Notes under the pieces: generated by a model | Told to the model about the DNA's origin: nothing | Databases searched by the model: none | What the model saw: only the letters and a program-made list of their open reading frames with translations | Assembly: GCF_964204645.1 (NCBI RefSeq) | Contig: NC_134027.1 | Coordinates: 17,384,560 to 17,448,559 of the forward strand | Length of the DNA stretch: 64,000 nt | Source of the DNA: Tubulanus polymorphus | Taxonomy: Eukaryota; Animalia; Nemertea | Reading direction: 5' to 3' | Shown here: positions 1 through 14,150 of the stretch, one piece after another | How the letters are laid out: every line of letters begins with the position of its first letter | Numbering within the stretch: position 1 is the stretch's first letter | Program-made: the position numbers and the translations under genes

Positions 1-1072
1 ATAAATGTGTGATAATAAGTGGATAATAACTGGTTTATATAATGGAGCATTACTATCAGTTGGAACTGTTGGTTATACAATGGTATTAGTAAAAAAGGTA
101 TTGGTAAAAAAGTATTTAGAATGGGAAGTGTTAATGTTGATAGATTTGATATCAATGATATCTTAAAATTAACATTAGCAGTTACTTTATCTAATTTAAC
201 AATTGATTATTTAGAAAAACAAAAATATATTCCTCCTATATAAATGCGTAATTTTTTACTAAATAAATGGCATCTGCAATTATAACTATTATAGGATCAG
301 CAATTGTTAACGCTTTAGCATTTACTCGTGGTGGGTATTTATTTAAGCATATTGATAAAAATAGTTCATTAGGAGAACAAAGAAGTCATAACTTAGCATT
401 AGAGAAATATAATAAAGCTGCAGAAGAATATAGAGTAAAAATACAAAATTATATGGATTATATCAATAAAGGATTATATAATCAAAAATTACACAGATTT
501 TCAATCAGTCGATGAAGCTATGAGTTTATATAATGCAGTAACAAATAAAGAAAAATTACATTTATATAAACTTAATTATCAGATTATTATACACCAAGTA
601 GTGAACAACAAAAATATGAAATAATTTGGATTTTAGGTGGAACAGTTATTTTTATATTTGTAGCATGTAAATTTACGAATTAGTAATTTTTTTCTAAATA
701 AATGGGTGATAAAGTTGATAATAATGATATTATTCCACATGATATAGATAAAACTAAATTAAAATCATATTTGGAAAAACAAATATTAGAATTTGAAAAT
801 GATTTAAAAATTAAAAGAAAAAATATATTTAAAAAGTAAAATTATATATCATTTTACTATTAGTAGTTCAGTTACAAATAGTTCTGTAATAACATTTCTA
901 GCATCATTCTCGCTATTAACACCTTAAGCTATCTCAATTGGAGCTTTAGGTTTAAGTTCAAGTGTTTTAACCGGAATAAGTTCAAAATTACATATGAAAA
1001 GTTATAAAGAAAAAATAAAATCTAATATAAAAGAAATTGATAAATTAAAAAATACACTAGATTATATTATAA
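1..1072 (+). mobile_element. Fragment (copy A) of the AT-rich Polinton-like element: three degraded small membrane-protein genes (5-243, 267-683, 702-1072)
   Basis: Nearly identical to 22315-23370 and to the reverse complement of 46230-47290 (e.g. MASAIITIIGSAIVNALAFT); frameshifts present; homology stops abruptly at ~1072. Confidence 0.9.
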
Positions 1073-1807
1073 AACTTAATATTGGGCTCTGTGATTATGA
1101 TATAACTGCACATGTAGCGGGAGATTTGGCATACGACGTTATTTTAGGTATGGACTTTTTGATACCACAGGGAGTTATTATTGATTTAGGGGAAGGTACC
1201 GTACAATTCCCTGGTAGCGGTCCTCTGATATTACAGAAGCAATACGATCTTGTAAATGATGCCCAAATGCGTGTCAAAGAAACCACGGTAGTTCCACCTT
1301 TTTCAGAAATAGTCATACCGGCAAAAATATCACAATCCGTTTCAGATGGGACCGAATGCATAATTGAACCGAGTCTCAAATTACACAGAACAAATTTGAT
1401 TGGTGCTAAAGTCATTGCTTTAGTCAAGAAGAACTCAGTTCCATTTCGTATTTGCAATCCTACCGTTAAACCCGTGAAACTTTATAGAAACACAACACTT
1501 GGTCATCTATCTACAGGATCGTTTGACATCATAGATACAGATGTACAAAACGAATCAGCAAGTATACCGGGACCCAACATTTGTAATCTTAATTGTCAGC
1601 CTTGGAACCTGAAGTATAAAGACCCACCTGACGTCGACCTAGGTAAATCGCAACTTTCAGGCTCAGAGAAACAGCGTCTGCGTAAACTTCTCTTGAAGTA
1701 CCGTGACGTTTTCGCCAATAGTGATGACGAACTGGGTCATTCAACGTTAATAGAACATCATATCGATGTCCAAGGCCACCCTCCTATCAGGCAACGAGCC
1801 TATCGAC
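1073..1807 (+). pseudogene. pol: Gypsy pol, C-terminal half of aspartic protease plus linker
   Basis: DVILGMDFL protease motif and HHIDVQGHPPIRQRAYR pre-RT motif; the listed ORF 994-1827 is a chimera with copy A. Confidence 0.85.
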
Positions 1808-4169
1808 CGGTTCCTGAACTTCGCTGAAAAAGCTGAAACACTGAAAAGCTGAAACGCTGAAATAAAAACGCTGAAATTTCAGGGAATTTCCGAAAAACGC
1901 CGAAATTTCAGGGAATTCCCGAAAAACGCTGAAATCGTGCTAGGTACCGACAATACACGTTTTGAAATTTTTTCCGGGCCGGTGTCCGCTGACGAGTCCT
2001 GAACCGTGTTTTATGCTCTACCTTCGGTTACAGAGACATGCCTTAAGGTCGACGTCATGATCGACTTGATCGATTGCGGATTGCGTGGATTGTTAGATGT
2101 GTTTTTTGCCATAGTTTTATGTGCATATACCGGTACGATCTAACAATGAAGTTATCACTTCATTTGAATAAATTCTTAATCACAGTAATATTAATTCACA
2201 ATATTTTTTCTTATGTTTGGTGATTTCTTGCAACTTATCATTGCCAAGTCTCATACAAGTAGTAGCTGAATGAAAGTACAGTTAGGCTGAACCTGATAAC
2301 CCAAATTAAGTGCTAGCATGGAACTAATGATTATTTTGATTCTATTTTCGGTGTCATTGAAATTCGTTAAGAAAGGTTCAACCGTCATAGTATACTGTAC
2401 TTAGCATTGCTACAATTGGGTGCCATATTTCTACAATTTCTACAAGGAGGAAGGAATCTTTAAGTGTCTTTGTTCCCGGGTAGGTGGTTCACTTTCTCTT
2501 TCGACTTGCCGGAGACTACTATCTGCAATGTATTGCATGCTTTGATGTGTCTGGCCTATAGGAGTCGAACGATATTTTTTTCCCATACACAGGCTTGGCT
2601 TTAGTGTAGATGAAGGCTAGGCACTGCACATTGTGGATTGACTGGAACTCTTAACTCACAAAATTAAACGAGTCAACAAGAAAGATCCAATAATTGGACA
2701 TTTGTCTAACTATATTATTTAACAGCTTGAAATAAAACATAACACATTCTGCAAGAGTATACAAAGGAAATCAGTTCTTACATTATATCAGAATCAATAG
2801 TTCGCTTAACTCTGGCTAGAATTCTGGTTCCATTGCTTCATATTCTAATGAAATCCACTAGTATACCTTAGAATATCGCTTAGCTTAAGACTAAAAATTT
2901 GGTACCAGGAAACAGGGAAGAAAAGTGGGTGTACTGTACATCCGCAATTGACTTATTTCTCTCAGGTTGAATCAAGTTATTATTGAAATAGCATTCGAAT
3001 AGCCATTTTATTTTTAAAAATTGTGTCGTTCAGCTATCCTGCTGCAAATTTCGCAGTTGAAGTTTACTGGTGCCATCTGATTTCTCAGTATCTCAAAAAA
3101 TTTGCACATTCTAAGCCTGAATCTAAAAATAGAAAAAGGTGCATTTTAGTCGGATATAAAAGAATAGTGGCTAATGCACCCTGGACTATATAGCCTATGG
3201 GGTGGGCCTAGTTTGAAAGCACTGAGGTCCGAGAGAACAGCACTTAGTAAATAAATACTGAAATTAAACTTACAAAACACCCAGTACTTGAGATGATGTA
3301 CTTGACAAGAAGTGTCACCAGCTAAGCAAATCAACTTTGTCTATGACTCCTCCTTTTATAGATTCAGTAGTAGTCTAAAAATAAGAATCGGTACATTTTT
3401 CTAACAGTTGGTATGTCATTTCTTCAAAAAAACTAATTATTATCACGCCACAGCAAATAAATTATTCACAGTTGTTGAATGGTTAGCCCGATTTAGATTA
3501 ATTGGTTGACGCTAATCAGTATGACCCATACGTAGGGGCCTACTGCATGCCATTGGCGTCAATCCATTCCATTCCATTCCACAGTGAATTAAAAAGAAAT
3601 TTAGTTAGATCCCTTTTGTCCAAAAGCTGCATCATTTATATAACTAGCTGTCAAATTTAATTTACCTCCTTCAGAGAATACCATAGTGACATAGTCCGTC
3701 GCCCATCAACGTGTTGACAAAAGAAAAGTTGCTGCATGTTTTATACATGAACGTTCAAATAAGATATTTTGCGTCTTGCAGGGAATATTGAGCATAGTGT
3801 TTAAGTTGGCTTGCACGGTTTGTGAATGGGTTTTCCTAATTATGCTGCCTGTATGCATTAAAAATCCGGATTTCAAGCGAATTAATTTGTCCAACAAGTG
3901 GCCCTCTAGAAATATACTCCACACATACTGTCCATGCATGTCTCTGTAACCGAAGGTAGAGACTAAAACACGGTTCAGGACTCGGCAGCGGACACCGGCC
4001 CGGAAAATATTTCAAAACGTGTATTGTTGGTACCTAGCACGATTTCAGCGTTTTTCGGGAATTCCCTGAAATTTCGGCGTTTTTCGGAAATTCCCTGAAA
4101 TTTCAGCGTTTTTATTTCAGCGTTTCAGCGTTTCAGTGATTCAGCTTTTTCAGCGAAGTTCAGGAACCG
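1808..4169. mobile_element. Non-autonomous TIR DNA transposon (Mutator/Foldback-like) inserted in Gypsy pol
   Basis: ~234-bp TIRs (1808-2041 / 3936-4169) starting CGGTTCCTGAACTTCGCTGAAA, with internal GCTGAAA repeats; 9-bp TSD CCTATCGAC (1799-1807, 4170-4178); removal restores RQRAYRRTPDM. Confidence 0.92.
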
Positions 4170-4178
4170 CCTATCGAC

Positions 4179-7165
4179 GGACCCCAGACATGAGAAAAAT
4201 CGAGGAGGAGGAAGTAGATAAGATGGCACGTGCCGGGATTATTCGAGAATCTAACTCGCCATGGAGTAGCCCGGTCGTGCTAGTTAAAAAGAAAAATGGC
4301 CAGACTAGGTTCTGCGTAGACTATCGGAAGGTCAACGAGGTCACTCGGAAGGATTCATTCCCGATGCCTCGTTGTGACGATATAATCGCCAGTTTAGGTA
4401 GTTCCCAGCCAAAATTCTTTTCATCACTAGATTTGCGATCTGGTTATTGGCAATTAGAGGTTGACGAAGATTCGAAGCCAATCACTGCGTTTACCTGTAG
4501 TCGTGGCCTGTTTGAATTTAATCGCTTACCATTTGGCTTATGTAATGCGTATAGCACTTTTGAAAGATTGATGGAAAATGTTCTCCGAGGGCTTAGTTGG
4601 AAGATATGTCTAATTTACCTCGACGACATTGTAGTATTTTCCAATTCATTTGAAGAACATTTGGAACATTTAGAGCAAGTTTTCCATTGGCTAAGAGAAG
4701 CTGGACTGACTCTGAAGCCGTCCAAATGCAACTTCGCTATGGCAAGCATTCTTTACTTAGGACACATTCTCAGCGCCAAGGGAGTCGAACCCGATCCTGA
4801 GAAGTGCAAGGCAATTTTGGAGTACCCAATTCCAAGAACGTTGAAAGATCTAAGATCATTTGTAGGCCTGGCTACGTATTACAGGAAATTCATTCCCAGA
4901 TTTAGCGAAATATGCTCACCTCTATATGCCATGACCAAGAAAAATGCAAAATTTGATTGGACACCTGAATGTGACAAAGCCTTTAACACATTAAAACAAC
5001 GACTCCCGACTTTAATCTACCCTTTGAACTGCACACAGATGCCAGTGCAACAGCAATAGGGCTGGTATTGTGTCAGCGTGTGGATAATAATGAATGCGTT
5101 ATTGCGTATGGGGGCCGGAACCTCCTCCCTAGGGAAAGAAATTGGGACACAACCCACCGGGAGATGGCTGCTGTCATGGAAGGCATCAAGAAGTTCAAGC
5201 CCTACCTCCACGGTCGCAAGTTCCGTGTCGTTACAGACCACAATGCACTCCGTTGGTTAATGACATTAAAAGAACCTCAAGGACGATTATGTCGTTGGGC
5301 ATTAGCATTGCAAGAATACGACATGGAGATTGTGCATCGTGCTGGTCGGGTACACAATAACGCGGATGCCTTATCACGTCGAAACTATGTTAACACCATT
5401 GATTCAAATCAGATTTTGAACATTTCAAATGATGATAGGGTTGAGTATCAACCAAAGCCAGACAATATCTCATTTATCAAACGCACACAGAGGGATGACC
5501 CTTTTTCTTTAGATTTGATAAAGTACTTGAATGATAGAGAATTACCCGAAGACAAGAAGGCCGCTAGAAACATCATCCTCCAGTCTGAATTTTTCTGTCT
5601 ACGCGAACACGGATTATTATGGCGCAAGTCCAAATTGAACCGATCAAAACATCCGGGTCAAATTCTGTTTCAATTATATATCCCTCCATCATTGAGAGAG
5701 GACGTTCTCATAGCTTATCATGACGATGTTTTGGCTGGTCACTTTGGTTTTGATAAGACCTACGATAAAATACGAACGAAATACTACTGGCCAGGCATGT
5801 ACGAAGATATAGCACACTGGGTCAGGTCATGTGTATTGTGCAATACCAAGAAAGTACCGAAACACAAGCTCACGGCACCCCAGATCCCTTTACCTGCAGT
5901 AGATTCTCCGTTCGATCGAATCGCAATTGATTGCGTATGGCCAATCCATCGCACTAGGAAAGGGAACCAATATATTGTAGTCATAACCGACTATTTGACA
6001 CGTTGGGCAGAAGCCTTTGCCACCAAATCTATTTCTGCAACTGTGATTGCTCGCATTCTGTTTGATGAAATTCTATGTACCCACGGCGCACCACTCACAA
6101 TTTTGAGTGACAGAGGAACGAACTTTCTGTCTTCTCTTGTAAGAGAACTATGTGAATTATGCAATACTACTCAGATCCGTACTTCCGCTTATCACACATG
6201 TACAGATGGACTTACTGGAAAGTACAATGGCACTTTAGTGCAAGGACTGAGCATGTTTTGCAATTCAAAACAGAATAACTGGGATGAATTCATCAAGCCA
6301 CTCCTTCATGCCTATAGAACTACCATCGTCAAAAGCACCGGCTACACACCATTTTTTTCTCATGCACGGTCTTGAAGCTAGGACACCAATAGACACCTCA
6401 CTCCTACCTCCTGAACATGAATTCTACTCAGCTGATGAATATGTCCAAGAAATGGGTAGAAAGTTGCAAGAAGCTCGCATTTGGGCCAAAACAAATCTGG
6501 AAAATACTCAGGTGATCACGAAATTGAAACATGATCAACGACACAAGGTCACAGATCCTGTCTACCAGGAAGGCGACTTAGTTTGGCTTCGGACTCCAAA
6601 GACAATAAAAGGGCTATCTAAGAAGTTGCTTCATCCATATTCTGGACCATTCATTATCTTCAAGAAAACATCGCCCGTTAATTATCTCCTTAAAACACGA
6701 GCTGGTAGAACCCTTAAATCACCCGTGCACGCCAACAGACTTAAAATGCACACTGACCCTAATGCTCGACGTGTCGGAATTCAGAAATTTGATCGTGATT
6801 TGCAAGTTAAAGTACAACCCCAAATACCCAGGAAACAAGCACAGGTTGTCCCTCAACAACAGGGAGGTAGCGATGGCAATAAACCTAAGGATTCCGAGCC
6901 AACGGCCGCATCCGCGAATAATCCAACACCACCAACTACAACTGAGCAAACAATCACAAAGAATCTTCCCGATCCCGAACTTAAATCCCGGAACAAATAG
7001 CAATCAGATGTCTTTCCCGTCGAATGCCTATCAAAATCACGGAAATCGAAAGGTCGTTTACAGTACCTAGTACAATAGGCTGGTAACTATCCTCCCTCAT
7101 GGGAGCCATCAAGAAACGTATCTAAAGACCTAATTGAAAAATTCCGGCTGGATAAAAGACAATGA
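4179..7165 (+). pseudogene. pol: Gypsy pol: reverse transcriptase, RNase H, integrase, GPY/F module and chromodomain (frameshifts/stops near 5020, 6360, 7000, 7077)
   Basis: SPWSSP, RFCVDYRKVN, LPFGL, YLDD; TDHNAL and HNNADALSR; HHCC zinc finger (H..GH..CVLC); RIAID and SDRG core; YSGPF; chromo-like YLVQ*AG..PSWEP. Confidence 0.93.
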
Positions 7166-8320
7166 TCTTATCGTGTCGTTTTCCATCTATTTTTCAGACA
7201 ATGATGATTTATCCAATATTTTTCATACTGATGGTGATGGGTACAGGGACCGGTGCTGCGAGGGAAAGGTTGATACTCCGGAAAGATTACGGTGTCTTGT
7301 TTACGCAACAGGGCCAGATCGACAACGCTGGGTCAGCATGGAGCCACACGTATGCTCTACCTTGGCTGCGTTATCCCCTGCCGCACATGACACCACCTTC
7401 CTGTCCGAACAACCCCGACCAAGCGTGCCAGCACCTACTTACGGCCATCAATGCCCTTGCACAACAGCGCAATAATTCGGCAGCAGATCTCAATTCAACC
7501 ATAAACGAAATTAAGTCCCTAATGCCTGCACGATTATATCAAACTAAGTCAAGGTCAAAGCGAGGATTACTGAATTTTGTCGGAAGCATTTCAAGAAGCT
7601 TATTTGGTACAGCCACTGAAAGTGAAGTCGACGAGATTCGATCCCACATAGGGCAACTTGAACAATCAAATAACCTAATCAAAAATGAAGTCATTCGACA
7701 AGGGAAGGAAATGTCATCATTCATGAATGTGACATCTTCCCGTCTTGAAAATATCATGACTGGTGTAGAAAATAATCACAATTTGGTGAAAAATGTGCAA
7801 TCAAATCTCCTAGAGTTGGCCAGTTTTTCTGAACAGAATAGGGTTCGAGTCACTGATTTAGAAGCTTCAGTGGCAGCAACTAGCACTTTCATTCAGTATT
7901 TCGGTATGACCTTGGAAGTATCAGCACAATATTCACTGGAAGCAAGAGCCTGGTTAGCCGGTATACAAAACATAATCGACGGGTACCTTCCATAAAACTT
8001 AATCCCGACACATATCATAGCAAAAACGCTTAGTTCCATTCGCGAACTCCTGTCTTCAAACTACCCTGGATTTACTTTATCATACTCAAATCCAGGGCAT
8101 TATTATCAAGTTCGGAATGTCCTTTATACACGAACTGATAAAGCTATATATATATATAAATGTTAAATTTCCAATTTCTAAAATGAGTACTATTTTCGAT
8201 GTATTTGCAATAGCAGCTATGCCAGTACCAGTGAATGCCTCCTCCCATAATTGTACACTAATTCGACACTTGCCTGATTACATAGGCGTCACCAAATTTT
8301 CGGCGGCACGACTTACCTGA
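7162..8320 (+). pseudogene. env: env-like class I fusion glycoprotein, stop at 7993-7995 and truncated
   Basis: Hydrophobic signal peptide, furin site RSKR followed by fusion-peptide-like GLLNFVGSISRSLFGTA, heptad-rich helix; lies after pol. Confidence 0.8.
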
Positions 8321-10118
8321 ATTAACCAGAATGTCATGGTGCGCGTACATCCAATTAATGAAAATTATTAACTCTAACTATTTTGATACTTATCTATATC
8401 TTTCATTCCCGGATGGTAAAATGATTGCACTTCAGACACTTGATTAAGTTTACCCAACCACTAAACCTTAATAATCATTAGTTACACGTACTCACAAAAG
8501 TCTTTTGCAGATCGTGAATATCCATTACTGCTGCGACACTAGCTCAGAGATATCCTTTTGTCAAACTACTCATATCTTTCAAATTCTATAACAAAATTTT
8601 ATGAGAGAGCTTCCTACAATGTTTTATTTTGTCTAATCCAAAACGTTCTTTTGCAGGTGCAACAGCTTAAGTTTTTCTTGTTTTTGTTTTTTTTTGCATT
8701 ACGCTATCGTTAAGCTAACTATCTTTTCCTAACTAATATCGGTATCATCCATTTGCGCGTTTGATATGGGAAAGCATGGAGGTAGTTTAATATATCAATT
8801 TGACCTATAATCTATGTAAATGACTCGCATGCGATATAGTCTCAGGTCGATGTCACATCTCCGTCAGAAGTCACACCCTAAATAGTCTCTGAGGAAAACC
8901 ACAGACGCCAAGTGCCCACAATGCGGTCTTCGAATACGAGGCCTCTTCCACAAACAAGTTCTTCCAGACGTATCGGTACTCCACATTGTTTACACCGGAG
9001 ACAGCGATGATAAATCGTAAGAAGTCATCAACTCTATCTAAAGAAGTTATCGCACCAAGCTGACCTTTGTCAGACTCACTACGAGATGGACTGTAGATGT
9101 GAACGTGACAACTAGACATTGCTGGCCCCACCTGCGTCAACATAGGTGGTAAGCCCAATGTCGAATAACCAACAACACACGTCATGTCGAACCGTCCACA
9201 AACCTGTAGTCTCAAGAACATCCGATGGAGAGACGTCCACAAACCTGTATCGAAGCCTGTTGTCCGGCATAGATGTCTAAACCTGATGTCTCGGAGACTA
9301 ACAAAGTGTGCGCTGTGCACTATATCAAATGCTAGCCTTTGCATAACTATATTTGGCTAACACTCTTTGCTTTTCCTCTGGAGTGGTTCCTCCAGCACAG
9401 AAATAACCCGGGAGTTAACCCACTCTCGTCAAGGAGAAAGGGCTAATTGTATGGTTGATACCGTTTGGGGTTTTCTGAGTCCTCTCCCCAACACAGAACA
9501 AAGAGGATCGGCTGTTGCTAATGTTTATTTTTATTTTACAAAACGCGTGCCTCTGTGTCAGCCCGCCTTTTATTAGATATATTTAGTATACTTATTATCG
9601 TGTATGTGGAACTTGATACTTACTTAGTTACTATCGCGCCATAGTTTTCATTTATTTTCGTGCGTGCAGTCCACTTATTGGACTTTGATATTTATTTTAG
9701 AAGTGACAATGATATTTACTGCCGTACTGACCACATTACTATTATTGACAACCTATACGCCTATCTTTAGATGGGTTAAATTCCATTCATATGAATCATG
9801 TACTATCTTTGTTTATTTCTCCTGATGACGCTTAATTGTTGAGTGGTGGACCTGTATACATTTTTTTCGTGTGTCTACGTCTTCTTGCTACAATGATAAG
9901 TCGTTAGTGTCATCCGCGTAATTTAAGTGTCTTCCAGGTTTTCATCCCACTGATAATTGCGTGTTTAAAGGGGAGAATATCATGCAGTATATATGGTTAC
10001 TTTTCATGTTTGGATCTTTTATCGAGTAGCGGTTTTTCACTCGTTGTCAATAGTTTTTTTTTCGTCGGTGTAGTTTAATTTTGAGATTCGAGGACGAATC
10101 AAGTGAAGGTGGGGCATA

Positions 10119-10477
10119 TGATACAGAGGATAGTATTTATTTAATATCTAAGTCATTATTCAGTTTTCATTACAAACATATTATACTATATTTCCGTATG
10201 TTAATCATATCAAAAGCAATATCGTCTTTATCTCTTTAATCCTAACCGTCCACTTCGCTCGGCACTGGTCATTCGGACTTTGTCCTACTGACGTCTGGCC
10301 ATTGTCTAGTGGAGCAATATAAATTCATGTCTCTCTATTCCTCGCTCTCTTTTTCTTTGGCTCTCGTTCTCTCTCTGAGCTCTTTTGTCTTTGACTCGTT
10401 TCAACAATAAATCAAGCTTTAAATTATTTCAATATCGTTTGTGTTTGGTGACTATTCTGAGCTAGTTCCAGGTATCA
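10119..10477 (+). repeat. 3' LTR of the Gypsy element (359 bp)
   Basis: Preceded by purine tract GAAGGTGGGG; termini TGATAC...GTATCA are inverted; AATAAA at 10406. Confidence 0.8.
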
Positions 10478-11017
10478 AATGATTAATTTAGATTTTAAAA
10501 TCTCATTCAACTCATCTCCACACATTTTCTTAGTTTTCGATTCCTTGAGTCCCAACAGCAATTTAAGGTGTGTTGCTGGTAATTGTGGTAATACTGGTAT
10601 GCGCGGTAATTGTTTATTATGTATTACATCGCTCAGAATTGTCACCATTTCTTGATGATAGCCCAAATGTTCTTGTAATTTTTGTATAAAGTAAAGTACC
10701 CCCTTTCCCTACTTCATAATAACTACAAAAAACAGTACTTACATTTAGAACTGTAAACTGTAACTCCTAATTGTGTTTCGAGAGAGAATATCCTATGCGT
10801 CTTGTATATGCGAATGTTGATTTCTAACTGCCAACGTGGCGCACGTTCGACCAAACTGATTATTTCTGTACGTTTGCCTCGATGGTAACTGGCGTTCTTT
10901 TATGATGGAATTGATTAATTCTTTACAATTGAAAACAATCATGCGACAGATGTTTTAGTAAACAACTATATACATACAGGGCTCAAATAGAGTTGCCGGT
11001 TTTCGAACCACTGATTA

Positions 11018-13449
11018 CCCAGGTTGCACAATCACGTTGTATAAACGTTGAGACAGTTATATTTTCAACATTCCAACGTTGTCAAACAACGTTGCGACAA
11101 CGTCGGGACAACGTTATTCTGTTCAGTCGTATTTTGGTTGGCACAACGTTTTCTCCCAACATTCAGCTAACGTTAATAAATAACGATTTCTTAACATTGT
11201 ACCAACGCCAGAAAAAGGCCAAAAAGCTCTTCAAAACGGAAAAATTTCAAATTTCAAATATTGAATACTTTAATCAAACAAATAAGTACATAAAATGGCG
11301 TCATCAAAATTCATCATCAGTTTCGACTGGTGCTGGGGCTGCTTCTGTAAAATAAAAACAATTGTTCATTAGTAGTTGTTCGTTTTAGCATAAACTCTGG
11401 GCTTCATGCTCACCAGGCTCAAGTGTAAAATTAGAGAATGGACATACTCATTTGGTATTTTACAATAACATTGGGAAAATGATTATGTAAAACATTAAAG
11501 TTACAATAAAGAAGAAATTGAATTGAATTGTGCAGGCGGTCGGTCGGTTATGAGCCTAGATATTACCGTAAGGCCCAGTTAATAGACGGAGCCGGGCGCC
11601 CCTGGCGCTCGGAGGACGTCCCTTTGGTAAACGCGTATATGTGGATACTGCGAAGTGTCTTTTTAACCGAATCTGACTTACTGGCAAAGTCAGAAAAAAA
11701 TGACGTCAGAGTACGTCCGGTTTGAAGTTCACGGGGAAATCGGAAGTAGAATTACGTCACGCTAAAATCCGCAGCGAAGTAACTAAAATCCGGCAACTTT
11801 TGGATCGGGAGATTTCAGAATGTATTTATTTCGTGAAATTTCGATCAAGATAGGATCGTTGAATCGTTTAACAATGAACCGCGTTGATCGAACGAGTTCA
11901 AAATAACTGAAATTCCCTTAGCAACCGGGAGCGAATTCAAACGCGCCCGGTCCAGGGCATCGCGCACGGGTTCGAATGCCGGAGAATTACGCTCTAGCGC
12001 TCACGTACAGCAGTCAACCCCAGCCGCAGCACTGAAATATTTAATTATCTTATCAAATTAAATGACTCTAAGACAGTGATGAGAGTCGCGTTAGACTGAG
12101 TCGTACGAATCGCTTAAAATTTCACGGTAGCGCGGCGGATCGCCGATCGGTCTCGCTCGAGCAGCAGCTACATCGCGGTCGGCAACAACATTTAGTGTCT
12201 CCGCCCTTCTTTCACCAAATAAGGAATTCGGTACCGCTAGCCACGTGCACTGCTTATCTACTTGAGCCGTAGATTCCCGGTACTCGACATTACCGGAGGA
12301 TTAGAAACAAATGAATATTTTTCGTAAGAGAAATCAATTTTTGAATTTTCTTGCTTAATTAATTCGATTCTTTCTGGCAGGAAATAATTTTCCGATTGAT
12401 GCGTCTCAGTCTGGCTCAGTTTCACTTCGAAATGTCGGTTACATAGTGGTTTTGCAAAGTGGTTTAAACCATCGAATAATTCTTGATACACTCATCTAAA
12501 TCGAAATAGTTTTTAGCAGTGATAAGCAGAGCCACGGGTAAGCCAAAGACCAAAAATTAATATTAATAAATAATTCAGTTGGAAAATTGGGTCAAGTCTT
12601 TTTCTGGCAGAAAATTGAATTTCATTATCTAAGAAGCCCAAATTTTCTATAACCAGAAATGAATCAAACCTAAGAGTTGCAGTTTCATCATCTTTCCCCC
12701 TCCCCCAACCCTCTGGCATTATTTTTTTCATTTTTCCAAGTTTTATCCAAGAATTGATATGCTTTGGGCCCAAAGTACAATTTCAATTTGAAATAAAATT
12801 GATCAAAGTTACTTTCCAGTTCCATGGGATTGACTACAATTAATTTTCTCTGTGTTCCTAGTCACTGACAATATTTTGAGTGTATTTCGTTATACACTCA
12901 AAATACACAATACGAAATACACGAAATCAAATTAAATCAAGCTGTGACGAAGCGTCCGTCACTTAGATTTCATCTATTACATATTAACAATATGTGAATG
13001 AACACACAATACCTCAAAAGAATATGAAGTTCGTCGACCATGATAGACCTAACACAATAGGATATTGAACTTTAAAACTTCGTGAAAACTCGCTTTTGTA
13101 ATAATGCTGATTGTATCCAGACAAAGAGATGCGCGGTCAACACTATTTCGCACTACTCAGTAGCTGTTGCTCTTGAAAGTAAAATTCACGATAATGCGTT
13201 TCGAATCCCAGTTTTACAGAATAATATTTCAATATTTTTTCTACAATTTTCCGATTCAGTAATTAGAAATTAATAATTGACAAAATACATTTCTCTTAAA
13301 TCACTGAATTCAAAAAAGTTTTAATTCCTATAATATGTAACGTTGATAAAACGTTAAGACAACGTTTTGCTGCTAACGTCAACTGCTGCTAATCAACAAC
13401 TTCAGGCTAACGTTGCATAACGTTGTGAAAACGTTATGTGCAACCTGGG
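11018..13449. mobile_element. Non-autonomous DNA transposon, CMC/EnSpm-like, possibly with nested inserts
   Basis: TIR CCCAGGTTGCACA / TGTGCAACCTGGG, TA on both flanks, subterminal AACGTT repeats at both ends; flanks rejoin to match the paralogous 18340-18460 region. Confidence 0.8.
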
Positions 13450-13451
13450 TA

Positions 13452-14107
13452 AAGCCTCAGAATGCGATTGATTCTGTCTTTGATAATTCCATAATTCAAC
13501 AAATGTCTTTGCTTTAACCAACTGGTCTAAATACAACTGTATATCTAGTTCATTACCTTTCCTGATATTTTCCTTCTTTTCAAGAGGTCTCAGGTTTATC
13601 CAATTCCAGATCAGCTTTTGATTGTATTCATCATTCATGTTGAATTTAGATATTGGTTACACGTGATCAATATGAAAATAATCACCATAATTATCTATAT
13701 TCATTTTATCATCGAATTGAAAAATTTAAAATCCATGATTTGAGAAATTCATCTGAACAACCCAACAAATTAGATAGTGTTTCTGAATGCGTTTCTTTGT
13801 TGAATAATTGTGTTAATCTAGACCTTAAACATTGTTTCATTTTAAAATTAAGATCTGTTTTATATCTTTCTCTCATATATTCTGTCATATAATCATTATA
13901 ATGTTCTCTATTATCTGCTCGATATTGATTAGTATATAGTTTAATACAAGTTTTGCAGCAATATTGAAAACCATCTTTGCTAATCTTACGTTTACTAAAT
14001 GCTGTTATAGCTAATTTATCTAATTCAAATGTAGAACATTTCTTATAGTATATATTTATAACGCCAGCGTTATTTGTAATATTGATTTGTGATTGTGCTG
14101 GCTCCAT
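13452..14107 (-). pseudogene. Degraded paralog of the HNH endonuclease gene at 18399-19052
   Basis: Same N-terminal CxxC pairs and WNWINLRPLEKKEN; frameshifted; 3' end interrupted by the TIR element. Confidence 0.88.
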
Positions 14108-14150
14108 TTATTATACATATTCTTTACTAAAATTGATTTTAGAAGTTACT

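Larger units (their letters stand above)
1073..10477 (+). mobile_element. 5'-truncated Ty3/Gypsy LTR retrotransposon with env-like gene (5' LTR, gag and N-half of protease missing)
   Basis: PR-RT-RH-INT-chromodomain order, env ORF, polypurine tract and a TG...CA LTR. Confidence 0.9.

Noticed and set aside
994-1827. 277-aa ORF as a real gene
   Set aside because: Chance in-frame chimera of a Polinton-like fragment, Gypsy protease/linker and the first bases of a TIR
8871-9344. 157-aa antisense ORF in the Gypsy 3' region
   Set aside because: No recognisable motif and no second copy to test conservation
11570-12772. Nested Harbinger-like element with GGCCC ends
   Set aside because: Inverted match too short and no consistent TSD
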